Below, one piece after another: positions 52,001 to 64,000 of a stretch of 64,000 bases of DNA (the stretch's first letter is position 1; each line of letters starts with the position of its first letter). The stretch comes from Balanoglossus misakiensis (taxonomy: Eukaryota > Animalia > Hemichordata). A program made the position numbers and the translations under genes. The stretch covers positions 11,315,812 through 11,379,811 of the forward strand of contig CM082592.2 in the NCBI GenBank assembly GCA_040954595.2, in the 5' to 3' direction. Under the pieces are notes generated by a model. The model saw only the letters and a program-made list of their open reading frames with translations, did not search any database and had not been told where the DNA came from.

Positions 52001-55000
52001 AAAATCCTCGATTTTTCACGATTTTCCTGAGCTATAACCCATGGTTTTTTCAAAAAATGACCAAATTTTGAAAATTCGCAAAGTCGAAAAATCCTCGATT
52101 TTTCACGATTTTCCTGAGCTATAACCCATGGTTTTTTTTAAAAAATGACCAAATTTTGAAAATTCGCAAAGTCGAAAAATCCTCGATTTTTCACGATTTT
52201 CCTGAGCTATAACCCATGGTTTTTTCAAAAAATGACCAAATTTTGAAAATTCGCAAAGTCGAAAAATCCTCGATTTTTCACGATTTTCCTGAGCTATAAC
52301 CCATGGTTTTTTCAAAAAATGACCAAATTTTGAAAATTCGCAAAGTCGAAAAATCCTCGATTTTTCACGATTTTCCTGAGCTATAACCCATGGTTTTTTC
52401 AAAAAATGACCAAATTTTGAAAATTCGCAAAGTCGAAAAATCCTCGATTTTTCGACATTTTCCTGAGCTATAACCCATGGTTTTTTCAAAAAATGACCAA
52501 ATTTTGAAAATTCGCAAAGTCGAAAAATCCTCGATTTTTCGACATTTTCCTGAGCTATAACCCATGGTTTTTTCAAAAAATGACCAAATTTTGAAAATTC
52601 GCAAAGTCGAAAAATCCTCGATTTTTCGACATTTTCCTAAGCTATAACCCATGGTTTTTTCAAAAAATGACCAAATTTTGAAAATTCGCAAAGTCGAAAA
52701 ATCCTCGATTTTTCGACATTTTCCTGAGCTATAACCCATGGTTTTTTCAAAAAATGACCAAATTTTGAAAATTCGCAAAGTCGAAAAATCCTCGATTTTT
52801 CGACATTTTCCTGAGCTATAACCCATGGTTTTTTCAAAAAATGACCAAATTTTGAAAATTCGCAAAGTCGAAAAATCCTCGATTTTTCGACATTTTCCTG
52901 AGCTATAACCCATGGTTTTTTCAAAAAATGACCAAATTTTGAAAATTCGCAAAGTCGAAAAATCCTCGATTTTTCGACATTTTCCTGAGCTATAACCCAT
53001 GGTTTTTTCAAAAAATGACCAAATTTTGAAAATTCGCAAAGTCGAAAAATCCTCGATTTTTCGACATTTTCCTGAGCTATAACCCATGGTTTTTTCAAAA
53101 AATGACCAAATTTTGAAAATTCGCAAAGTCGAAAAATCCTCGATTTTTCGACATTTTCCTGAGCTATAACCCATGGTTTTTTCAAAAAATGACCAAATTT
53201 TGAAAATTCGCAAAGTCGAAAAATCCTCGATTTTTCACGATTTTCCTGAGCTATAACCCATGGTTTTTTCAAAAAATGACCAAATTTTGAAAATTCGCAA
53301 AGTCGAAAAATCCTCGATTTTTCACGATTTTCCTGAGCTATAACCCATGGTTTTTTTCAAAAAATGACCAAATTTTGAAAATTCGCAAAGTCGAAAAATC
53401 CTCGATTTTTCACGATTTTCCTGAGCTATAACCCATGGTTTTTTCAAAAAATGACCAAATTTTGAAAATTCGCAAAGTCGAAAAATCCTCGATTTTTCGA
53501 CATTTTCCTGAGCTATAACCCATGGTTTTTTCAAAAAATGACCAAATTTTGAAAATTCGCAAAGTCGAAAAATCCTCGATTTTTCGACATTTTCCTGAGC
53601 TATAACCCATGGTTTTTTCAAAAAATGACCAAATTTTGAAAATTCGCAAAGTCGAAAAATCCTCGATTTTTCGACATTTTCCTGAGCTATAACCCATGGT
53701 TTTTTCAAAAAATGACCAAATTTTGAAAATTCGCAAAGTCGAAAAATCCTCGATTTTTCGACATTTTCCTGAGCTATAACCCATGGTTTTTTCAAAAAAT
53801 GACCAAATTTTGAAAATTCGCAAAGTCGAAAAATCCTCGATTTTTCGACATTTTCCTGAGCTATAACCCATGGTTTTTTCAAAAAATGACCAAATTTTGA
53901 AAATTCGCAAAGTCGAAAAAATCCTCGATTTTTCGACATTTTCCTGAGCTATAACCCATGGTTTTTTCAAAAAATGACCAAATTTTGAAAATTCGCAAAG
54001 TCGAAAAATCCTCGATTTTTCACGATTTTCCTGAGCTATAACCCATGGTTTTTTCAAAAAATGACCAAATTTTGAAAATTCGCAAAGTCGAAAAATCCTC
54101 GATTTTTCACGATTTTCCTGAGCTATAACCCATGGTTTTTTCAAAAAATGACCAAATTTTGAAAATTCGCAAAGTCGAAAAATCCTCGATTTTTCACGAT
54201 TTTCCTGAGCTATAACCCATGGTTTTTTCAAAAAATGACCAAATTTTGAAAATTCGCAAAGTCGAAAAATCCTCGATTTTTCACGATTTTCCTGAGCTAT
54301 AACCCATGGTTTTTTCAAAAAATGACCAAATTTTGAAAATTCGCAAAGTCGAAAAATCCTCGATTTTTCACGATTTTCCTGAGCTATAACCCATGGTTTT
54401 TTCAAAAAATGACCAAATTTTGAAAATTCGCAAAGTCGAAAAATCCTCGATTTTTCGACATTTTCCTGAGCTATAACCCATGGTTTTTTCAAAAAATGAC
54501 CAAATTTTGAAAATTCGCAAAGTCGAAAAATCCTCGATTTTTCGACATTTTCCTGAGCTATAACCCATGGTTTTTTCAAAAAATGACCAAATTTTGAAAA
54601 TTCGCAAAGTCGAAAAATCCTCGATTTTTCGACATTTTCCTGAGCTATAACCCATGGTTTTTTCAAAAAATGACCAAATTTTGAAAATTCGCAAAGTCGA
54701 AAAATCCTCGATTTTTCGACATTTTCCTGAGCTATAACCCATGGTTTTTTTCAAAAAATGACCAAATTTTGAAAATTCGCAAAGTCGAAAAATCCTCGAT
54801 TTTTCGACATTTTCCTGAGCTATAACCCATGGTTTTTTCAAAAAATGACCAAATTTTGAAAATTCGCAAAGTCGAAAAATCCTCGATTTTTCGACATTTT
54901 CCTGAGCTATAACCCATGGTTTTTTCAAAAAATGACCAAATTTTGAAAATTCGCAAAGTCGAAAAATCCTCGATTTTTCGACATTTTCCTGAGCTATAAC

Positions 55001-58000
55001 CCATGGTTTTTTCAAAAAATGACCAAATTTTGAAAATTCGCAAAGTCGAAAAATCCTCGATTTTTCACGATTTTCCTGAGCTATAACCCATGGTTTTTTC
55101 AAAAAATGACCAAATTTTGAAAATTCGCAAAGTCGAAAAATCCTCGATTTTTCACGATTTTCCTGAGCTATAACCCATGGTTTTTTCAAAAAATGACCAA
55201 ATTTTGAAAATTCGCAAAGTCGAAAAATCCTCGATTTTTCACGATTTTCCTGAGCTATAACCCATGGTTTTTTCAAAAAATGACCAAATTTTGAAAATTC
55301 GCAAAGTCGAAAAATCCTCGATTTTTCACGATTTTCCTGAGCTATAACCCATGGTTTTTTCAAAAAATGACCAAATTTTGAAAATTCGCAAAGTCGAAAA
55401 ATCCTCGATTTTTCGACATTTTCCTGAGCTATAACCCATGGTTTTTTCAAAAAATGACCAAATTTTGAAAATTCGCAAAGTCGAAAAATCCTCGATTTTT
55501 CGACATTTTCCTGAGCTATAACCCATGGTTTTTTCAAAAAATGACCAAATTTTGAAAATTCGCAAAGTCGAAAAATCCTCGATTTTTCGACATTTTCCTG
55601 AGCTATAACCCATGGTTTTTTCAAAAAATGACCAAATTTTGAAAATTCGCAAAGTCGAAAAATCCTCGATTTTTCGACATTTTCCTGAGCTATAACCCAT
55701 GGTTTTTTTTCAAAAAATGACCAAATTTTGAAAATTCGCAAAGTCGAAAAATCCTCGATTTTTCGACATTTTCCTGAGCTATAACCCATGGTTTTTTTCA
55801 AAAAATGACCAAATTTTGAAAATTCGCAAAGTCGAAAAATCCTCGATTTTTCGACATTTTCCTGAGCTATAACCCATGGTTTTTTCAAAAAATGACCAAA
55901 TTTTGAAAATTCGCAAAGTCGAAAAATCCTCGATTTTTCACGATTTTCCTGAGCTATAACCCATGGTTTTTTCAAAAAATGACCAAATTTTGAAAATTCG
56001 CAAAGTCGAAAAATCCTCGATTTTTCACGATTTTCCTGAGCTATAACCCATGGTTTTTTCAAAAAATGACCAAATTTTGAAAATTCGCAAAGTCGAAAAA
56101 TCCTCGATTTTTCACGATTTTCCTGAGCTATAACCCATGGTTTTTTCAAAAAATGACCAAATTTTGAAAATTCGCAAAGTCGAAAAATCCTCGATTTTTC
56201 GACATTTTCCTGAGCTATAACCCATGGTTTTTTCAAAAAATGACCAAATTTTGAAAATTCGCAAAGTCGAAAAATCCTCGATTTTTCGACATTTTCCTGA
56301 GCTATAACCCATGGTTTTTTCAAAAAATGACCAAATTTTGAAAATTCGCAAAGTCGAAAAATCCTCGATTTTTCGACATTTTCCTGAGCTATAACCCATG
56401 GTTTTTTCAAAAAATGACCAAATTTTGAAAATTCGCAAAGTCGAAAAATCCTCGATTTTTCGACATTTTCCTGAGCTATAACCCATGGTTTTTTTCAAAA
56501 AATGACCAAATTTTGAAAATTCGCAAAGTCGAAAAATCCTCGATTTTTCGACATTTTCCTGAGCTATAACCCATGGTTTTTTCAAAAAATGACCAAATTT
56601 TGAAAATTCGCAAAGTCGAAAAATCCTCGATTTTTCGACATTTTCCTGAGCTATAACCCATGGTTTTTTCAAAAAATGACCAAATTTTGAAAATTCGCAA
56701 AGTCGAAAAATCCTCGATTTTTCGACATTTTCCTGAGCTATAACCCATGGTTTTTTTCAAAAAATGACCAAATTTTGAAAATTCGCAAAGTCGAAAAATC
56801 CTCGATTTTTCGACATTTTCCTGAGCTATAACCCATGGTTTTTTTCAAAAAATGACCAAATTTTGAAAATTCGCAAAGTCGAAAAATCCTCGATTTTTCG
56901 ACATTTTCCTGAGCTATAACCCATGGTTTTTTCAAAAAATGACCAAATTTTGAAAATTCGCAAAGTCGAAAAATCCTCGATTTTTCGACATTTTCCTGAG
57001 CTATAACCCATGGTTTTTTCAAAAAATGACCAAATTTTGAAAATTCGCAAAGTCGAAAAATCCTCGATTTTTCGACATTTTCCTGAGCTATAACCCATGG
57101 TTTTTTCAAAAAATGACCAAATTTTGAAAATTCGCAAAGTCGAAAAATCCTCGATTTTTCGACATTTTCCTGAGCTATAACCCATGGTTTTTTCAAAAAA
57201 TGACCAAATTTTGAAAATTCGCAAAGTCGAAAAATCCTCGATTTTTCGACATTTTCCTGAGCTATAACCCATGGTTTTTTCAAAAAATGACCAAATTTTG
57301 AAAATTCGCAAAGTCGAAAAATCCTCGATTTTTCACGATTTTCCTGAGCTATAACCCATGTTTTTTTCAAAAAATGACCAAATTTTGAAAATTCGCAAAG
57401 TCGAAAAATCCTCGATTTTTCGACATTTTCCTGAGCTATAACCCATGGTTTTTTCAAAAAATGACCAAATTTTGAAAATTCGCAAAGTCGAAAAATCCTC
57501 GATTTTTCGACATTTTCCTGAGCTATAACCCATGGTTTTTTCAAAAAATGACCAAATTTTGAAAATTCGCAAAGTCGAAAAATCCTCGATTTTTCGACAT
57601 TTTCCTGAGCTATAACCCATGGTTTTTTCAAAAAATGACCAAATTTTGAAAATTCGCAAAGTCGAAAAATCCTCGATTTTTCGACATTTTCCTGAGCTAT
57701 AACCCATGGTTTTTTTCAAAAAATGACCAAATTTTGAAAATTCGCAAAGTCGAAAAATCCTCGTTTTTTCCGACATTTTCCTGAGCTATAACCCATGGTT
57801 TTTTTCAAAAAATGACCAAATTTTGAAAATTCGCAAAGTCGAAAAATCCTCGATTTTTCGACATTTTCCTGAGCTATAACCCATGGTTTTTTTCAAAAAA
57901 TGACCAAATTTTGAAAATTCGCAAAGTCGAAAAATCCTCGATTTTTCGACATTTTCCTGAGCTATAACCCATGGTTTTTTCAAAAAATGACCAAATTTTG

Positions 58001-61000
58001 AAAATTCGCAAAGTCGAAAAATCCTCGATTTTTCGACATTTTCCTGAGCTATAACCCATGGTTTTTTCAAAAAATGACCAAATTTTGAAAATTCGCAAAG
58101 TCGAAAAATCCTCGATTTTTCGACATTTTCCTGAGCTATAACCCATGGTTTTTTCAAAAAATGACCAAATTTTGAAAATTCGCAAAGTCGAAAAATCCTC
58201 GATTTTTCGACATTTTCCTGAGCTATAACCCATGGTTTTTTCAAAAAATGACCAAATTTTGAAAATTCGCAAAGTCGAAAAATCCTCGATTTTTCACGAT
58301 TTTCCTGAGCTATAACCCATGGTTTTTTCAAAAAATGACCAAATTTTGAAAATTCGCAAAGTCGAAAAATCCTCGATTTTTCGACATTTTCCTGAGCTAT
58401 AACCCATGGTTTTTTCAAAAAATGACCAAATTTTGAAAATTCGCAAAGTCGAAAAATCCTCGATTTTTCGACATTTTCCTGAGCTATAACCCATGGTTTT
58501 TTCAAAAAATGACCAAATTTTGAAAATTCGCAAAGTCGAAAAATCCTCGATTTTTCGACATTTTCCTGAGCTATAACCCATGGTTTTTTCAAAAAATGAC
58601 CAAATTTTGAAAATTCGCAAAGTCGAAAAATCCTCGATTTTTCGACATTTTCCTGAGCTATAACCCATGGTTTTTTCAAAAAATGACCAAATTTTGAAAA
58701 TTCGCAAAGTCGAAAAATCCTCGATTTTTCGACATTTTCCTAAGCTATAACCCATGGTTTTTTCAAAAAATGACCAAATTTTGAAAATTCGCAAAGTCGA
58801 AAAATCCTCGATTTTTCGACATTTTCCTGAGCTATAACCCATGGTTTTTTCAAAAAATGACCAAATTTTGAAAATTCGCAAGGTCGAAAAATCCTCGATT
58901 TTTCGACATTTTCCTGAGCTATAACCCATGGTTTTTTCAAAAAATGACCAAATTTTGAAAATTCGCAAAGTCGAAAAATCCTCGATTTTTCGACATTTTC
59001 CTGAGCTATAACCCATGGTTTTTTCAAAAAATGACCAAATTTTGAAAATTCGCAAAGTCGAAAAATCCTCGATTTTTCGACATTTTCCTGAGCTATAACC
59101 CATGGTTTTTTCAAAAAATGACCAAATTTTGAAAATTCGCAAAGTCGAAAAATCCTCGATTTTTCGACATTTTCCTGAGCTATAACCCATGGTTTTTTCA
59201 AAAAATGACCAAATTTTGAAAATTCGCAAAGTCGAAAAATCCTCGATTTTTCGACATTTTCCTGAGCTATAACCCATGGTTTTTTCAAAAAATGACCAAA
59301 TTTTGAAAATTCGCAAAGTCGAAAAATCCTCGATTTTTCACGATTTTCCTGAGCTATAACCCATGGTTTTTTCAAAAAAATGACCAAATTTTGAAAATTC
59401 GCAAAGTCGAAAAATCCTCGATTTTTCACGATTTTCCTGAGCTATAACCCATGGTTTTTTCAAAAAATGACCAAATTTTGAAAATTCGCAAAGTCGAAAA
59501 ATCCTCGATTTTTCACGATTTTCCTGAGCTATAACCCATGGTTTTTTCAAAAAATGACCAAATTTTGAAAATTCGCAAAGTCGAAAAATCCTCGATTTTT
59601 CGACATTTTCCTGAGCTATAACCCATGGTTTTTTCAAAAAATGACCAAATTTTGAAAATTCGCAAAGTCGAAAAATCCTCGATTTTTCGACATTTTCCTG
59701 AGCTATAACCCATGGTTTTTTCAAAAAATGACCAAATTTTGAAAATTCGCAAAGTCGAAAAATCCTCGATTTTTCGACATTTTCCTGAGCTATAACCCAT
59801 GGTTTTTTTCAAAAAATGACCAAATTTTGAAAATTCGCAAAGTCGAAAAATCCTCAATTTTTCGACATTTTCCTGAGCTATAACCCATGGTTTTTTTCAA
59901 AAAATGACCAAATTTTGAAAATTCGCAAAGTCGAAAAATCCTCGATTTTTCGACATTTTCCTGAGCTATAACCCATGGTTTTTTTCAAAAAATGACCAAA
60001 TTTTGAAAATTCGCAAAGTCGAAAAATCCTCGATTTTTCGACATTTTCCTGAGCTATAACCCATGGTTTTTTTCAAAAAATGACCAAATTTTGAAAATTC
60101 GCAAAGTCGAAAAATCCTCGATTTTTCGACATTTTCCTGAGCTATAACCCATGGTTTTTTTCAAAAAAATGACCAAATTTTGAAAATTCGCAAAGTCGAA
60201 AAATCCTCGATTTTCACGATTTTCCTGAGCTATAACCCATGGTTTTTTCAAAAAATGACCAAATTTTGAAAATTCGCAAAGTCGAAAAATCCTCGATTTT
60301 TCACGATTTTCCTGAGCTATAACCCATGGTTTTTTCAAAAAATGACCAAATTTTGAAAATTCGCAAAGTCGAAAAATCCTCGATTTTTCACGATTTTCCT
60401 GAGCTATAACCCATGGTTTTTTCAAAAAATGACCAAATTTTGAAAATTCGCAAAGTCGAAAAATCCTCGATTTTTCACGATTTTCCTGAGCTATAACCCA
60501 TGGTTTTTTCAAAAAATGACCAAATTTTGAAAATTCGCAAAGTCGAAAAATCCTCGATTTTTCACGATTTTCCTGAGCTATAACCCATGGTTTTTTCAAA
60601 AAATGACCAAATTTTGAAAATTCGCAAAGTCGAAAAATCCTCGATTTTTCGACATTTTCCTGAGCTATAACCCATGGTTTTTTCAAAAAATGACCAAATT
60701 TTGAAAATTCGCAAAGTCGAAAAATCCTCGATTTTTCGACATTTTCCTGAGCTATAACCCATGGTTTTTTCAAAAAATGACCAAATTTTGAAAATTCGCA
60801 AAGTCGAAAAATCCTCGATTTTTCGACATTTTCCTGAGCTATAACCCATGGTTTTTTCAAAAAATGACCAAATTTTGAAAATTCGCAAAGTCGAAAAATC
60901 CTCGATTTTTCGACATTTTCCTGAGCTATAACCCATGGTTTTTTTCAAAAAATGACCAAATTTTGAAAATTCGCAAAGTCGAAAAATCCTCGATTTTTCG

Positions 61001-63812
61001 ACATTTTCCTGAGCTATAACCCATGGTTTTTTTCAAAAAATGACCAAATTTTGAAAATTCGCAAAGTCGAAAAATCCTCGATTTTTCGACATTTTCCTGA
61101 GCTATAACCCATGGTTTTTTCAAAAAATGACCAAATTTTGAAAATTCGCAAAGTCGAAAAATCCTCGATTTTTCGACATTTTCCTGAGCTATAACCCATG
61201 GTTTTTTCAAAAAAATGACCAAATTTTGAAAATTCGCAAAGTCGAAAAATCCTCGATTTTTCACGATTTTCCTGAGCTATAACCCATGGTTTTTCAAAAA
61301 ATGACCAAATTTTGAAAATTCGCAAAGTCGAAAAATCCTCGATTTTTCGACATTTTCCTGAGCTATAACCCATGGTTTTTTCAAAAAATGACCAAATTTT
61401 GAAAATTCGCAAAGTCGAAAAATCCTCGATTTTTCGACATTTTCCTGAGCTATAACCCATGGTTTTTTCAAAAAATGACCAAATTTTGAAAATTCGCAAA
61501 GTCGAAAAATCCTCGATTTTTCACGATTTTCCTGAGCTATAACCCATGTTTTTTTCAAAAAATGACCAAATTTTGAAAATTCGCAAAGTCGAAAAATCCT
61601 CGATTTTTCGACATTTTCCTGAGCTATAACCCATGGTTTTTTCAAAAAATGATCAAATTTTGAAAATTCGCAAAGTCGAAAAATCCTCGATTTTTCGACA
61701 TTTTCCTGAGCTATAACCCATGGTTTTTTCAAAAAATGACCAAATTTTGAAAATTCGCAAAGTCGAAAAATCCTCGATTTTTCACGATTTTCCTGAGCTA
61801 TAACCCATGGTTTTTTCAAAAAATGACCAAATTTTGAAAATTCGCAAAGTCGAAAAATCCTCGATTTTTCGACATTTTCCTGAGCTATAACCCATGGTTT
61901 TTTCAAAAAATGACCAAATTTTGAAAATTCGCAAAGTCGAAAAATCCTCGATTTTTCGACATTTTCCTGAGCTATAACCCATGGTTTTTTCAAAAAATGA
62001 CCAAATTTTGAAAATTCGCAAAGTCGAAAAATCCTCGATTTTTCGACATTTTCCTGAGCTATAACCCATGGTTTTTTCAAAAAATGACCAAATTTTGAAA
62101 ATTCGCAAAGTCGAAAAATCCTCGATTTTTCGACATTTTCCTGAGCTATAACCCATGGTTTTTTTCAAAAAATGACCAAATTTTGAAAATTCGCAAAGTC
62201 GAAAAATCCTCGATTTTTCGACATTTTCCTGAGCTATAACCCATGGTTTTTTTCAAAAAATGACCAAATTTTGAAAATTCGCAAAGTCGAAAAATCCTCG
62301 ATTTTTCGACATTTTCCTGAGCTATAACCCATGGTTTTTTTCAAAAAATGACCAAATTTTGAAAATTCGCAAAGTCGAAAAATCCTCGATTTTTCGACAT
62401 TTTCCTGAGCTATAACCCATGGTTTTTTCAAAAAATGACCAAATTTTGAAAATTCGCAAAGTCGAAAAATCCTCGATTTTTCGACATTTTCCTGAGCTAT
62501 AACCCATGGTTTTTTCAAAAAATGACCAAATTTTGAAAATTCGCAAAGTCGAAAAATCCTCGATTTTTCGACATTTTCCTGAGCTATAACCCATGGTTTT
62601 TTCAAAAAATGACCAAATTTTGAAAATTCGCAAAGTCGAAAAATCCTCGATTTTTCGACATTTTCCTGAGCTATAACCCATGGTTTTTTCAAAAAATGAC
62701 CAAATTTTGAAAATTCGCAAAGTCGAAAAATCGTCGATTTTTCGACATTTTCCTGAGCTATAACCCATGGTTTTTTTCAAAAAATGACCAAATTTTGAAA
62801 ATTCGCAAAGTCGAAAAATCCTCGATTTTTCGACATTTTCCTGAGCTATAACCCATGGTTTTTTCAAAAAATGACCAAATTTTGAAAATTCGCAAAGTCG
62901 AAAAATCCTCGATTTTTCGACATTTTCCTGCGCTATAACCCATGGTTTTTTCAAAAAATGACCAAATTTTGAAAATTCGCAAAGTCGAAAAATCCTCGAT
63001 TTTTCGACATTTTCCTGAGCTATAACCCATGGTTTTTTCAAAAAATGACCAAATTTTGAAAATTCGCAAAGTCGAAAAATCCTCGATTTTTCACGATTTT
63101 CCTGAGCTATAACCCATGTTTTTTTCAAAAAATGACCAAATTTTGAAAATTCGCAAAGTCGAAAAATCCTCGATTTTTCGACATTTTCCTGAGCTATAAC
63201 CCATGGTTTTTTCAAAAAATGACCAAATTTTGAAAATTCGCAAAGTCGAAAAATCCTCGATTTTTCGACATTTTCCTGAGCTATAACCCATGGTTTTTTC
63301 AAAAAATGACCAAATTTTGAAAATTCGCAAAGTCGAAAAATCCTCGATTTTTCGACATTTTCCTGAGCTATAACCCATGTTTTTTTCAAAAAATGACCAA
63401 ATTTTGAAAATTCGCAAAGTCGAAAAATCCTCGATTTTTCGACATTTTCCTGAGCTATAACCCATGGTTTTTTCAAAAAATGACCAAATTTTGAAAATTC
63501 GCAAAGTCGAAAAATCCTCGATTTTTCGACATTTTCCTGAGCTATAACCCATGGTTTTTTCAAAAAATGACCAAATTTTGAAAATTCGCAAAGTCGAAAA
63601 ATCCTCGATTTTTCGACATTTTCCTGAGCTATAACCCATGTTTTTTTCAAAAAATGACCAAATTTTGAAAATTCGCAAAGTCGAAAAATCCTCGATTTTT
63701 CGACATTTTCCTGAGTTATAACCCATGGTTTTTTCAAAAAATGACCAAATTTTGAAAATTCGCAAAGTCGAAAAATCCTCGATTTTTCGACATTTTCCTG
63801 AGCTATAACCCA
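46016..63812 (+). repeat. 87-bp tandem satellite array, about 205 near-identical monomers
   Basis: Consensus GAGCTATAACCCATGGTTTTTTCAAAAAATGACCAAATTTTGAAAATTCGCAAAGTCGAAAAATCCTCGATTTTTCGACATTTTCCT (87 nt). Variant B has CACGA instead of CGACA; otherwise there are only T/A-run length changes and rare substitutions. Confidence 0.98.
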
Positions 63813-64000
63813 AATTTGGTCATTTTTTGAAAAAACCATGGGTTATAGCTCAGGAAAATCGTGAAAAATCGAGCATTTTTCGACTTTGCGAATTTTCAAA
63901 ATTTGGTCATTTTTTGAAAAAACCATGGGTTATAGCTCAGGAAAATGTCGAAAAATCGAGGATTTTTCGACTTTGCGAATTTTCAAAATTTGGTCATTTT
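63813..64000 (-). repeat. Same 87-bp satellite in inverted orientation, running past the window end
   Basis: AATTTGGTCATTTTTTGAAAAAACCATGGGTTATAGCTCAGG... is the reverse complement of the monomer. Confidence 0.97.

Noticed and set aside
46016-63812. CRISPR-like array (palindromic repeats at a regular period)
   Set aside because: There are no unique spacers, the whole unit repeats, the context is eukaryotic and no cas genes are present.
46106-63839. Long minus-strand ORFs (up to 680 aa) of repeated KKPWVIAQENVEKSRIFRLCEFSKFGHFL / KTMGYSSGKCRKIEDFSTLRIFKIWSFFE
   Set aside because: 87 is divisible by 3, so any stop-free frame runs on. Frames are broken at random by homopolymer indels, and there is no unique start, splice structure or synonymous-site variation.

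Overview
Eukaryotic (metazoan, probably invertebrate deuterostome) genomic DNA in two parts. Positions 1-45.4 kb are a gene-dense block with short GT-AG introns: the 3' part of HECTD4 (+), RNF185 (-), EIF4ENIF1/4E-T (+), DRG1 (+), a two-exon Golgi-type sulfotransferase (+) and RPUSD4 (+). A ~90-bp TTAA-flanked MITE family is scattered through introns and a UTR. From ~45.68 kb to the end is a very homogeneous 87-bp AT-rich tandem satellite of about 210 monomers. It has diverged monomers at its edge, two interspersed monomer types, a twice-repeated 34-monomer block and a strand inversion at ~63,812. All long ORFs beyond 46 kb are by-products of the 87-bp (29-codon) period. Gene identities come from recognising motifs in manually spliced translations; no database search was run.
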